Positions 11,563 through 26,000 of a stretch of 64,000 nt of DNA are shown piece by piece (positions within the stretch are counted from its first letter, which is position 1; every line of letters begins with the position of its first letter). Source of the stretch: the human T2T-CHM13v2.0 reference genome, Homo sapiens; the NCBI RefSeq assembly GCF_009914755.1, contig NC_060927.1. One strand, 5' to 3'. A program made the translations under genes and the position numbers. Under the pieces are notes generated by a model, which worked only from the letters and a program-made list of their open reading frames with translations, was not told where the DNA came from and ran no database searches.

Positions 11563-14115
11563 ATTGTCTATCATTACACGAAGAAATCCCGTTTACTACG
11601 AAGGCCTCAAAGAGGTCCAAATATCCAGCTGCAGACATTACAAACTGAGTGTTTCCAAAGTGCTCTATGAAAAGAAGTGTTAAACACTGTGAGTTCAATG
11701 CACACATCCCAAAGCAGTTTCTGAGAATGATGCCGTCTATTTTTTCTACGAAGATATTTCCTTTTCTACCGTTGGCCTCAAAGCGCTTGAAATCTCCACT
11801 TGCAAATTCCACAAAAAGAGAGTTTCAAATCTGCTCTGTCTAAAGGAAGGTTCAACTCTGTGAGTTGAATACACACCACAAAAAGAAGTTACTGAGAATT
11901 CTTCTGTCTAGCATTATATGAAAAATCCCGTTTCCAACGAAGGCCACAAAGAGGTCCAAATATCCACTTGCAGATTCTGCAAAAAGAGTGTTTCCAAACT
12001 GCTCTATGAAAAGAAACGTTAAACTCTGTGAGTTGAACGCAAACATCACAAAGTAGTTTCTGAGAATGACTCCGTCTAGTTTTTATACGAAGATATTTCC
12101 TTTCCTACCATTCACTTCAAAGCGCTTGAAGTCTCCCCCTGAAAATTCCACAAAAAGTGTTTCCAATCTGCTCCGCCTAAAGGAAGCTTCAACTCTGTGA
12201 GTTGAATACCCACAACCCAAAGAAGTTACTGAGAATTCTTCTGTCTAGCATTATATGAAGAAATCCCGTTTCCAACGAAGGCCTCAAATACATCCAAATA
12301 TCCAGTTGCTGACTTTACAAACTGAGTGTTTCCAAACTGCTCTATGAAAAGAAAGGTTAAACACTGTGAGTTGAACACACACGTACCAAAGTAGTTTCTG
12401 AGAATGATTCTATCTAGTTTGCATACGAAGATATTTCCTTTTCTACCATTGGCCTCAAAGCTCTGAAATCTCCACTTGCAAATTCCACAAAAAGAGAGTT
12501 TCAAATCTGCTGTTTCTAAAGGAAAGTTCAACTCTGAGAGTTGAATACACACCAGAAAAAGCAGTTACTGAGAAGTCTTCTGTCTAGCATTATATGAAGA
12601 AATCCCATTTCCAACGAAGACTTCAAAGAGGTCCAAATATCCACTTGCAGATTCTGCAAAAAGAGTGTTTCGAAACAACTGTATGAAAAGAAAGGTTAAA
12701 CACTGTGAGTTGAACGCACACATTGCAAAGCAGTTTCTGAGAATGATTCCGTCTAATTATTATACGAAGGTATTTCCTTTTCTATCATTGGTCTCAAAGC
12801 GCTTGATACCTCCACCTGAAAATTCCACAAAAAGAGTGTTTCCAATCTACTCTGTCTAAAGGAACGTTCAACTCTGTGAGTTGAATACACACACACAGAA
12901 AGAATTCACTGAGAATTCTTCTGTCTGGCATTACATGAAGAAATCCCGTTTCCAACGAAGGCCTCAAAGAGGTCCAAATATCCACTTGCAGATTCTGCAA
13001 AAAGAGTGTTTCAAAACCGCTCCATTAAAAGGAATGTTGAACTCTGTGAGTTGAATGCAAACATCACAACTCAGTTTCTGAGAATGCTTCTGACTAGATT
13101 TTATGGTAAGATATTTCCTTTTCTACCGTAGGCTTCAATGCCCTCTAAATACACCCTTGCAAATTCTACAAAGAGACTGTTTCATAACTGCTCTATAGGA
13201 AGAAAGGTTCAACACTGTGAGTTGAATGCAGAGATCACAACGTGGTTTCTGCGAATGATTCTTTGTAGTTTTTACATGAAGATATTTCGTTGTCAACCGT
13301 AGGCTTCAAAGCACTCAAAGTATTCACTTGGAACTTTTACAAAAAGAGTGTTAGAAAACTGCTCTTTCCAAAGTAAGGTTCAACTCTGTGAGTTGAATGC
13401 ACACATAACAATCAAGAAGTTTCTGAGAATTCTTCTGTCCTGGTTTATATGAAAAAATCCCGTTTCCAACGAAGGCCTCAAAGACGTTTAAATATCCACT
13501 TGCAGACTTCACAAACAGAGGGTTTCCAAACTGCTCTATGAAAAGAAAGGTTAAACTCTGTGAGTTGAACGCACACATCACAAAGTAGCTTCTGAGAATG
13601 ATACTGTCTAGTTTTTATACGAAGATATTTCCTTTTGTACCATTGGCCTCATACTGCTAGAATTTTCCACTTGCAAATTCCACAAAAAGAGTGTTTCCAA
13701 TCCGCTCTGTCTAAAGGAAGGTTCAACTCTCTGATTTGAATACATACATCCCAAAAGAAGTTACTGAGAATTCTTCTGTCTAGCATTATGTGAAGAAATC
13801 CCGTTTCCAACGAAAGCCTCAAAGAGGTCCAAATATCCAGTTGCAGAATTTACAAACTGACTGTTTCCAAACTCATCTATGAAAAGAAAGGTTAAACTCT
13901 GTGAGTTGAATGCACATATCACAAAGTAGTTCCTGAGAATGATTCTGTCTAGTTTTCATACGAAGATATTTCCTTTTCCAACAATGGCCTCAAAGTGCTT
14001 GAAATCTCCCCTTGCAAATTCCACAGACAAGTGTTTCAGATCTGCACTGTCTAAAGGAAGGTTCAACCCTGTGAGTTGAATACACACACACAGAAAAAAA
14101 TTCACTGAGAATTCT
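11563..14115 (-). repeat. 15-mer structural variant HOR (2,553 bp; 338-bp dimer deleted)
   Basis: The period here is 2,553 instead of 2,891. The sequence jumps from ...AAAGTAGCTTCTGAGAATGATACTG... directly into ...CCTTTTGTACCATTGGCCTCATACTG. The repeat-derived 129-aa ORF is missing from this copy only. Confidence 0.97.
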
Positions 14116-17006
14116 ATTGTCTATCATTACACGAAGAAATCCCGTTTACTACGAAGGCCTCAAGGAGGTCCAAATATCCAGCTGCAGACATTACAAACTG
14201 AGTGTTTCCAAAGTGCTCTATGAAAAGAAGTGTTAAACACTGTGAGTTCAATGCACACATCCCAAAGCAGTTTCTGAGAATGATTCCGTCTATTTTTTCT
14301 ACGAAGATATTTCCTTTTCTGCCGTTGGCCTCAAAGCGCTTGAAATCTCCACTTGCAAATTCCACAAAAAGAGAGTTTCAAATCTGCTCTGTCTAAAGGA
14401 AGGTTCAACTCTGTGAGTTGAATACACACCACAAAAAGAAGTTACTGAGAATTCTTCTGTCTAGCATTATATGAAAAATCCCGTTTCCAACGAAGGCCAC
14501 AAAGAGGTCCAAATATCCACTTGCAGATTCTGCAAAAAGAGTGTTTCCAAACTGCTCTATGAAAAGAAACGTTAAACTCTGTGAGTTGAACGCAAACATC
14601 ACAAAGTAGTTTCTGAGAATGACTCCGTCTAGTTTTTATACGAAGATATTTCCTTTCCTACCATTCACTTCAAAGCGCTTGAAGTCTCCCCCTGAAAATT
14701 CCACAAAAAGTGTTTCCAATCTGCTCCGCCTAAAGGAAGCTTCAACTCTGTGAGTTGAATACCCACAACCCAAAGAAGTTACTGAGAATTCTTCTGTCTA
14801 GCATTATATGAAGAAATCCCGTTTCCAACGACGGCCTCAAATACATCCAAATATCCAGTTGCTGACTTTACAAACTGAGTGTTTCCAAACTGCTCTATGA
14901 AAAGAAAGGTTAAACACTGTGAGTTGAACACACACGTACCAAAGTAGTTTCTGAGAATGATTCTGTCTAGTTTGCATACGAAGATATTTCCTTTTCTACC
15001 ATTGGCCTCAAAGCTCTGAAATCTCCACTTGCAAATTCCACAAAAAGAGAGTTTCAAATCTGCTGTTTCTAAAGGAAAGTTCAACTCTGAGAGTTGAATA
15101 CACACCAGAAAAAGCAGTTACTGAGAAGTCTTCTGTCTAGCATTATATGAAGAAATCCCATTTCCAACGAAGACTTCAAAGAGGTCCAAATATCCACTTG
15201 CAGATTCTGCAAAAAGAGTGTTTCGAAACAACTGTATGAAAAGAAAGGTTAAACACTGTGAGTTGAACGCACACATTGCAAAGCAGTTTCTGAGAATGAT
15301 TCCGTCTAATTATTATACGAAGGTATTTCCTTTTCTATCATTGGCCTCAAAGCGCTTGATACCTCCACCTGAAAATTCCACAAAAAGAGTGTTTCCAATC
15401 TACTCTGTCTAAAGGAACGTTCAACTCTGTGAGTTGAATACACACACACAGAAAGAATTCACTGAGAATTCTTCTGTCTGGCATTACATGAAGAAATCCC
15501 GTTTCCAACGAAGGCCTCAAAGAGGTCCAAATATCCACTTGCAGATTCTGCAAAAAGAGTGTTTCAAAACCGCTCCATTAAAAGGAATGTTGAACTCTGT
15601 GAGTTGAATGCAAACATCACAACTCAGTTGCTGAGAATGCTTCTGACTAGATTTTATGGTAAGATATTTCCTTTTCTACCGTAGGCTTCAATGCCCTCTA
15701 AATACACCCTTGCAAATTCTACAAAGAGACTGTTTCATAACTGCTCTATAGGAAGAAAGGTTCAACTCTGTGAGTTGAATGCAGAGATCACAACGTGGTT
15801 TCTGCGAATGATTCTTTGTAGTTTTTACAGGAAGATATTTCGTTGTCAACCGTAGGGTTCAAAGCACTCAAAGTATTCACTTGGAACTTTTACAAAAAGA
15901 GTGTTAGAAAACTGCTCTTTCCAAAGTAAGGTTCAACTCTGTGAGTTGAATGCACACATAACAATCAAGAAGTTTCTGAGAATTCTTCTGTCCTGGTTTA
16001 TATGAAAAAATCCCGTTTCCAACGAAGGCCTCAAAGACGTTTAAATATCCACTTGCAGACTTCACAAACAGAGTGTTTCCAAACTGCTCTATGAAAAGAA
16101 AGGTTAAACTCTGTGAGTTGAACGCACACATCACAAAGTAGCTTCTGAGAATGATACTGTCTAGTTTTTATACGAAGATATTTCCTTTCTACCATTGGTG
16201 TCAAAGCGCTAGAATTCTCCACTTGCAAATTCCACAAAAAGAGTGTTTCCAATCTGCTCTGTCTAAAGGAAGGTTCAACTCTGTGAGTTGAATACACACA
16301 CACAAAGAAGCTACTGAGAATTCTTTTGTCAAGAATTATAAGAAGAAATCCCGTTTCCAACGAAGGCCTCAAAGAGTTCCAAATATCCACTTGCACACTG
16401 CACAAACTAAGTCTTTCCAAACTGCTCTATGCAAAGAAATGTTCAACTCTGTGAGTTTAATACACACATCACAAAGCAGTTTCTGAGAATGATACTGTCT
16501 AGTTTTTATACGAAGATATTTCCTTTTGTACCATTGGCCTCATACTGCTAGAATTTTCCACTTGCAAATTCCACAAAAAGAGTGTTTCCAATCCGCTCTG
16601 TCTAAAGGAAGGTTCAACTCTCTGATTTGAATACATACATCCCAAAAGAAGTTACTGAGAATTCTTCTGTCTAGCATTATGTGAAGAAATCCCGTTTCCA
16701 ACGAAAGCCTCAAAGAGGTCCAAATATCCAGTTGCAGAATTTACAAACTGACTGTTTCCAAACTCATCTATGAAAAGAAAGGTTAAACTCTGGGAGTTGA
16801 ATGCACATATCACAAAGTAGTTCCTGAGAATGATTCTGTCTAGTTTTTATACGAAGATATTTCCTTTTCCACCAATGGCCTCAAAGTGCTTGAAATCTCC
16901 CCTTGCAAATTCCACAGACAAGTGTTTCAAATCTACACTGTCTAAAGGAAGGTTCAACCCTGTGAGTTGAATACACACACACAGAAAAAAATTCACTGAG
17001 AATTCT

Positions 17007-20000
17007 ATTGTCTATCATTACACGAAGAAATCCCGTTTACTACGAAGGCCTCAAAGAGGTCCAAATATCCAGCTGCAGACATTACAAACTGAGTGTTTCC
17101 AAAGTGCTCTATGAAAAGAAGTGTTAAACACTGTGAGTTCAATGCACACATCCCAAAGCAGTTTCTGAGAATGATGCCGTCTATTTTTTCTACGAAGATA
17201 TTTCCTTTTCTGCCGTTGGCCTCAAAGCGCTTGAAATCTCCACTTGCAAATTCCACAAAAAGAGAGTTTCAAATCTGCTCTGTCTAAAGGAAGGTTCAAC
17301 TCTGTGAGTTGAATACACACCACAAAAAGAAGTTACTGAGAATTCTTCTGTCTAGCATTATATGAAAAATCCCGTTTCCAACGAAGGCCACAAAGAGGTC
17401 CAAATATCCACTTGCAGATTCTGCAAAAAGAGTGTTTCCAAACTGCTCTATGAAAAGAAACGTTAAACTCTGTGAGTTGAACGCAAACATCACAAAGTAG
17501 TTTCTGAGAATGACTCCGTCTAGTTTTTATACGAAGATATTTCCTTTCCTACCATTCACTTCAAAGCGCTTGAAGTCTCCCCCTGAAAATTCCACAAAAA
17601 GTGTTTCCAATCTGCTCCGCCTAAAGGAAGCTTCAACTCTGTGAGTTGAATACCCACAACCCAAAGAAGTTACTGAGAATTCTTCTGTCTAGCATTATAT
17701 GAAGAAATCCCGTTTCCAACGAAGGCCTCAAATACATCCAAATATCCAGTTGCTGACTTTACAAACTGAGTGTTTCCAAACTGCTCTATGAAAAGAAAGG
17801 TTAAACAATGTGAGTTGAACACACACGTACCAAAGTAGTTTCTGAGAATGATTCTATCTAGTTTGCATACGAAGATATTTCCTTTTCTACCATTGGCCTC
17901 AAAGCTCTGAAATCTCCACTTGCAAATTCCACAAAAAGAGAGTTTCAAATCTGCTGTTTCTAAAGGAAAGTTCAACTCTGAGAGTTGAATACACACCAGA
18001 AAAAGCAGTTACTGAGAAGTCTTCTGTCTAGCATTATATGAAGAAATCCCATTTCCAACGAAGACTTCAAAGAGGTCCAAATATCCACTTGCAGATTCTG
18101 CAAAAAGAGTGTTTCGAAACAACTGTATGAAAAGAAAGGTTAAACACTGTGAGTTGAACGCACACATTGCAAAGCAGTTTCTGAGAATGATTCCGTCTAA
18201 TTATTATACGAAGGTATTTCCTTTTCTATCATTGGTCTCAAAGCGCTTGATACCTCCACCTGAAAATTCCACAAAAAGAGTGTTTCCAATCTACTCTGTC
18301 TAAAGGAACGTTCAACTCTGTGAGTTGAATACACACACACAGAAAGAATTCACTGAGAATTCTTCTGTCTGGCATTACATGAAGAAATCCCGTTTCCAAC
18401 GAAGGCCTCAAAGAGGTCCAAATATCCACTTGCAGATTCTGCAAAAAGAGTGTTTCAAAACCGCTCCATTAAAAGGAATGTTGAACTCTGTGAGTTGAAT
18501 GCAAACATCACAACTCAGTTTCTGAGAATGCTTCTGACTAGATTTTATGGTAAGATATTTCCTTTTCTACCGTAGGCTTCAATGCCCTCTAAATACACCC
18601 TTGCAAATTCTACAAAGAGACTGTTTCATAACTGCTCTATAGGAAGAAAGGTTCAACACTGTGAGTTGAATGCAGAGATCACAACGTGGTTTCTGCGAAT
18701 GATTCTTTGTAGTTTTTACATGAAGATATTTCGTTGTCAACCGTAGGCTTCAAAGCACTCAAAGTATTCACTTGGAACTTTTACAAAAAGAGTGTTAGAA
18801 AACTGCTCTTTCCAAAGTAAGGTTCAACTCTGTGAGTTGAATGCACACATAACAATCAAGAAGTTTCTGAGAATTCTTCTGTCCTGGTTTATATGAAAAA
18901 ATCCCGTTTCCAACGAAGGCCTCAAAGACGTTTAAATATCCACTTGCAGACTTCACAAACAGAGTGTTTCCAAACTGCTCTATGAAAAGAAAGGTTAAAC
19001 TCTGTGAGTTGAACGCACACATCACAAAGTAGCTTCTGAGAATGATACTGTCTAGTTTTTATACGAAGATATTTCCTTTCTACCATTGGTGTCAAAGCGC
19101 TAGAATTCTCCACTTGCAAATTCCACAAAAAGAGTGTTTCCAATCTGCTCTGTCTAAAGGAAGGTTCAACTCTGTGAGTTGAATACACACACACAAAGAA
19201 GCTACTGAGAATTCTTTTGTCAAGAATTATAAGAAGAAATCCCGTTTCCAACGAAGGCCTCAAAGAGTTCCAAATATCCACTTGCACACTGCACAAACTA
19301 AGTCTTTCCAAACTGCTCTATGCAAAGAAATGTTCAACTCTGTGAGTTTAATACACACATCACAAAGCAGTTTCTGAGAATGATACTGTCTAGTTTTTAT
19401 ACGAAGATATTTCCTTTTGTACCATTGGCCTCATACTGCTAGAATTTTCCACTTGCAAATTCCACAAAAAGAGTGTTTCCAATCCGCTCTGTCTAAAGGA
19501 AGGTTCAACTCTCTGATTTGAATACATACATCCCAAAAGAAGTTACTGAGAATTCTTCTGTCTAGCATTATGTGAAGAAATCCCGTTTCCAACGAAAGCC
19601 TCAAAGAGGTCCAAATATCCAGTTGCAGAATTTACAAACTGACTGTTTCCAAACTCATCTATGAAAAGAAAGGTTAAACTCTGTGAGTTGAATGCACATA
19701 TCACAAAGTAGTTCCTGAGAATGATTCTGTCTAGTTTTCATACGAAGATATTTCCTTTTCCACCAATGGCCTCAAAGTGCTTGAAATCTCCCCTTGCAAA
19801 TTCCACAGACAAGTGTTTCAAATCTGCACTGTCTAAAGGAAGGTTCAACCCTGTGAGTTGAATACACACACACAGAAAAAAATTCACTGAGAATTCTATT
19901 GTCTATCATTACACGAAGAAATCCCGTTTACTACGAAGGCCTCAAGGAGGTCCAAATATCCAGCTGCAGACATTACAAACTGAGTGTTTCCAAAGTGCTC

Positions 20001-23000
20001 TATGAAAAGAAGTGTTAAACACTGTGAGTTCAATGCACACATCCCAAAGCAGTTTCTGAGAATGATTCCGTCTATTTTTTCTACGAAGATATTTCCTTTT
20101 CTGCCGTTGGCCTCAAAGCGCTTGAAATCTCCACTTGCAAATTCCACAAAAAGAGAGTTTCAAATCTGCTCTGTCTAAAGGAAGGTTCAACTCTGTGAGT
20201 TGAATACACACCACAAAAAGAAGTTACTGAGAATTCTTCTGTCTAGCATTATATGAAAAATCCCGTTTCCAACGAAGGCCACAAAGAGGTCCAAATATCC
20301 ACTTGCAGATTCTGCAAAAAGAGTGTTTCCAAACTGCTCTATGAAAAGAAACGTTAAACTCTGTGAGTTGAACGCAAACATCACAAAGTAGTTTCTGAGA
20401 ATGACTCCGTCTAGTTTTTATACGAAGATATTTCCTTTCCTACCATTCACTTCAAAGCGCTTGAAGTCTCCCCCTGAAAATTCCACAAAAAGTGTTTCCA
20501 ATCTGCTCCGCCTAAAGGAAGCTTCAACTCTGTGACTTGAATACCCACAACCCAAAGAAGTTACTGAGAATTCTTCTGTCTAGCATTATATGAAGAAATC
20601 CCGTTTCCAACGACGGCCTCAAATACATCCAAATATCCAGTTGCTGACTTTACAAACTGAGTGTTTCCAAACTGCTCTATGAAAAGAAAGGTTAAACACT
20701 GTGAGTTGAACACACACGTACCAAAGTAGTTTCTGAGAATGATTCTGTCTAGTTTGCATACGAAGATATTTCCTTTTCTACCATTGGCCTCAAAGCTCTG
20801 AAATCTCCACTTGCAAATTCCACAAAAAGAGAGTTTCAACTCTGCTGTTTCTAAAGGAAAGTTCAACTCTGAGAGTTGAATACACACCAGAAAAAGCAGT
20901 TACTGAGAAGTCTTCTGTCTAGCATTATATGAAGAAATCCCATTTCCAACGAAGACTTCAAAGAGGTCCAAATATCCACTTGCAGATTCTGCAAAAAGAG
21001 TGTTTCGAAACAACTGTATGAAAAGAAAGGTTAAACACTGTGAGTTGAACGCACACATTGCAAAGCAGTTTCTGAGAATGATTCCGTCTAATTATTATAC
21101 GAAGGTATTTCCTTTTCTATCATTGGCCTCAAAGCGCTTGATACCTCCACCTGAAAATTCCACAAAAAGAGTGTTTCCAATCTACTCTGTCTAAAGGAAC
21201 GTTCAACTCTGTGAGTTGAATACACACACACAGAAAGAATTCACTGAGAATTCTTCTGTCTGGCATTACATGAAGAAATCCCGTTTCCAACGAAGGCCTC
21301 AAAGAGGTCCAAATATCCACTTGCAGATTCTGCAAAAAGAGTGTTTCAAAACCGCTCCATTAAAAGGAATGTTGAACTCTGTGAGTTGAATGCAAACATC
21401 ACAACTCAGTTGCTGAGAATGCTTCTGACTAGATTTTATGGTAAGATATTTCCTTTTCTACCGTAGGCTTCAATGCCCTCTAAATACACCCTTGCAAATT
21501 CTACAAAGAGACTGTTTCATAACTGCTCTATAGGAAGAAAGGTTCAACTCTGTGAGTTGAATGCAGAGATCACAACGTGGTTTCTGCGAATGATTCCTTG
21601 TAGTTTTTACATGAAGATATTTCGTTGTCAACCGTAGGCTTCAAAGCACTCAAAGTATTCACTTGGAACTTTTACAAAAAGAGTGTTAGAAAACTGCTCT
21701 TTCCAAAGTAAGGTTGAACTCTGTGAGTTGAATGCACACATAACAATCAAGAAGTTTCTGAGAATTCTTCTGTCCTGGTTTATATGAAGAAATCCCGTTT
21801 CCAACGAAGGCCTCAAAGACGTTTAAATATCCACTTGCAGACTTCACAAACAGAGGGTTTCCAAACTGCTCTATGAAAAGAAAGGTTAAACTCTGTGAGT
21901 TGAACGCACACATCACAAAGTAGCTTCTGAGAATGATACTGTCTAGTTTTTATACGAAGATATTTCCTTTCTACCATTGGCGTCAAAGCGCTAGAATTCT
22001 CCACTTGCAAATTCCACAAAAAGAGTGTTTCCAATCTGCTCTGTCTAAAGGAAGGTTCAACTCTGTGAGTTGAATACACACACACAAAGAAGCTACTGAG
22101 AATTCTTTTGTCAAGAATTATAAGAAGAAATCCCGTTTCCAACGAAGGCCTCAAAGAGTTCCAAATATCCACTTGCACACTGCACAAACTAAGTCTTTCC
22201 AAACTGCTCTATGCAAAGAAATGTTCAACTCTGTGAGTTTAATACACACATCACAAAGCAGTTTCTGAGAATGATACTGTCTAGTTTTTATACGAAGATA
22301 TTTCCTTTTGTACCATTGGCCTCATACTGCTAGAATTTTCCACTTGCAAATTCCACAAAAAGAGTGTTTCCAATCCGCTCTGTCTAAAGGAAGGTTCAAC
22401 TCTCTGATTTGAATACATACATCCCAAAAGAAGTTACTGAGAATTCTTCTGTCTAGCATTATGTGAAGAAATCCCGTTTCCAACGAAAGCCTCAAAGAGG
22501 TCCAAATATCCAGTTGCAGAATTTACAAACTGACTGTTTCCAAACTCATCTATGAAAAGAAAGGTTAAACTCTGTGAGTTGAATGCACATATCACAAAGT
22601 AGTTCCTGAGAATGATTCTGTCTAGTTTTTATACGAAGATATTTCCTTTTCCACCAATGGCCTCAAAGTGCTTGAAATCTCCCCTTGCAAATTCCACAGA
22701 CAAGTGTTTCAAATCTGCACTGTCTAAAGGAAGGTTCAACCCTGTGAGTTGAATACACACACACAGAAAAAAATTCACTGAGAATTCTATTGTCTATCAT
22801 TACACGAAGAAATCCCGTTTACTACGAAGGCCTCAAGGAGGTCCAAATATCCAGCTGCAGACATTACAAACTGAGTGTTTCCAAAGTGCTCTATGAAAAG
22901 AAGTGTTAAACACTGTGAGTTCAATGCACACATCCCAAAGCAGTTTCTGAGAATGATTCCGTCTATTTTTTCTACGAAGATATTTCCTTTTCTACCGTTG

Positions 23001-26000
23001 GCCTCAAAGCGCTTGAAATCTCCACTTGCAAATTCCACAAAAAGAGAGTTTCAAATCTGCTCTGTCTAAAGGAAGGTTCAACTCTGTGAGTTGAATACAC
23101 ACCACAAAAAGAAGTTACTGAGAATTCTTCTGTCTAGCATTATATGAAAAATCCCGTTTCCAACGAAGGCCACAAAGAGGTCCAAATATCCACTTGCAGA
23201 TTCTGCAAAAAGAGTGTTTCCAAACTGCTCTATGAAAAGAAACGTTAAACTCTGTGAGTTGAACGCAAACATCACAAAGTAGTTTCTGAGAATGACTCCG
23301 TCTAGTTTTTATACGAAGATATTTCCTTTCCTACCATTCACTTCAAAGCGCTTGAAGTCTCCCCCTGAAAATTCCACAAAAAGTGTTTCCAATCTGCTCC
23401 GCCTAAAGGAAGCTTCAACTCTGTGAGTTGAATACCCACAACCCAAAGAAGTTACTGAGAATTCTTCTGTCTAGCATTATATGAAGAAATCCCGTTTCCA
23501 ACGAAGGCCTCAAATACATCCAAATATCCAGTTGCTGACTTTACAAACTGAGTGTTTCCAAACTGCTCTATGAAAAGAAAGGTTAAACACTGTGAGTTGA
23601 ACACACACGTACCAAAGTAGTTTCTGAGAATGATTCTGTCTAGTTTGCATACGAAGATATTTCCTTTTCTACCATTGGCCTCAAAGCTCTGAAATCTCCA
23701 CTTGCAAATTCCACAAAAAGAGAGTTTCAACTCTGCTGTTTCTAAAGGAAAGTTCCACTCTGAGAGTTGAATACACACCAGAAAAAGCAGTTACTGAGAA
23801 GTCTTCTGTCTAGCATTATATGAAGAAATCCCATTTCCAACGAAGACTTCAAAGAGGTCCAAATATCCACTTGCAGATTCTGCAAAAAGAGTGTTTCGAA
23901 ACAACTGTATGAAAAGAAAGGTTAAACACTGTGAGTTGAACGCACACATTGCAAAGCAGTTTCTGAGAATGATTCCGTCTAATTATTATACGAAGGTATT
24001 TCCTTTTCTATCATTGGCCTCAAAGCGCTTGATACCTCCACCTGAAAATTCCACAAAAAGAGTGTTTCCAATCTACTCTGTCTAAAGGAACGTTCAACTC
24101 TGTGAGTTGAATACACACACACAGAAAGAATTCACTGAGAATTCTTCTGTCTGGCATTACATGAAGAAATCCCGTTTCCAACGAAGGCCTCAAAGAGGTC
24201 CAAATATCCACTTGCAGATTCTGCAAAAAGAGTGTTTCAAAACCGCTCCATTAAAAGGAATGTTGAACTCTGTGAGTTGAATGGAAACATCACAACTCAG
24301 TTGCTGAGAATGCTTCTGACTAGATTTTATGGTAAGATATTTCCTTTTCTACCGTAGGCTTCAATGCCCTCTAAATACACCCTTGCAAATTCTACAAAGA
24401 GACTGTTTCATAACTGCTCTATAGGAAGAAAGGTTCAACTCTGTGAGTTGAATGCAGAGATCACAACGTGGTTTCTGCGAATGATTCTTTGTAGTTTTTA
24501 CAGGAAGATATTTCGTTGTCAACCGTAGGCTTCAAAGCACTCAAAGTATTCACTTGGAACTTTTACAAAAAGAGTGTTAGAAAACTGCTCTTTCCAAAGT
24601 AAGGTTCAACTCTGTGAGTTGAATGCACACATAACAATCAAGAAGTTTCTGAGAATTCTTCTGTCCTGGTTTATATGAAAAAATCCCGTTTCCAACGAAG
24701 GCCTCAAAGACGTTTAAATATCCACTTGCAGACTTCACAAACAGAGTGTTTCCAAACTGCTCTATGAAAAGAAAGGTTAAACTCTGTGAGTTGAACGCAC
24801 ACATCACAAAGTAGCTTCTGAGAATGATACTGTCTAGTTTTTATACGAAGATATTTCCTTTCTACCATTGGTGTCAAAGCGCTAGAATTCTCCACTTGCA
24901 AATTCCACAAAAAGAGTGTTTCCAATCTGCTCTGTCTAAAGGAAGGTTCAACTCTGTGAGTTGAATACACACACACAAAGAAGCTACTGAGAATTCTTTT
25001 GTCAAGAATTATAAGAAGAAATCCCGTTTCCAACGAAGGCCTCAAAGAGTTCCAAATATCCACTTGCACACTGCACAAACTAAGTCTTTCCAAACTGCTC
25101 TATGCAAAGAAATGTTCAACTCTGTGAGTTTAATACACACATCACAAAGCAGTTTCTGAGAATGATACTGTCTAGTTTTTATACGAAGATATTTCCTTTT
25201 GTACCATTGGCCTCATACTGCTAGAATTTTCCACTTGCAAATTCCACAAAAAGAGTGTTTCCAATCCGCTCTGTCTAAAGGAAGGTTCAACTCTCTGATT
25301 TGAATACATACATCCCAAAAGAAGTTACTGAGAATTCTTCTGTCTAGCATTATGTGAAGAAATCCCGTTTCCAACGAAAGCCTCAAAGAGGTCCAAATAT
25401 CCAGTTGCAGAATTTACAAACTGACTGTTTCCAAACTCATCTATGAAAAGAAAGGTTAAACTCTGGGAGTTGAATGCACATATCACAAAGTAGTTCCTGA
25501 GAATGATTCTGTCTAGTTTTTATACGAAGATATTTCCTTTTCCACCAATGGCCTCAAAGTGCTTGAAATCTCCCCTTGCAAATTCCACAGACAAGTGTTT
25601 CAAATCTACACTGTCTAAAGGAAGGTTCAACCCTGTGAGTTGAATACACACACACAGAAAAAAATTCACTGAGAATTCTATTGTCTATCATTACACGAAG
25701 AAATCCCGTTTACTACGAAGGCCTCAAAGAGGTCCAAATATCCAGCTGCAGACATTACAAACTGAGTGTTTCCAAAGTGCTCTATGAAAAGAAGTGTTAA
25801 ACACTGTGAGTTCAATGCACACATCCCAAAGCAGTTTCTGAGAATGATGCCGTCTATTTTTTCTACGAAGATATTTCCTTTTCTGCCGTTGGCCTCAAAG
25901 CGCTTGAAATCTCCACTTGCAAATTCCACAAAAAGAGAGTTTCAAATCTGCTCTGTCTAAAGGAAGGTTCAACTCTCTGAGTTGAATACACACCACAAAA

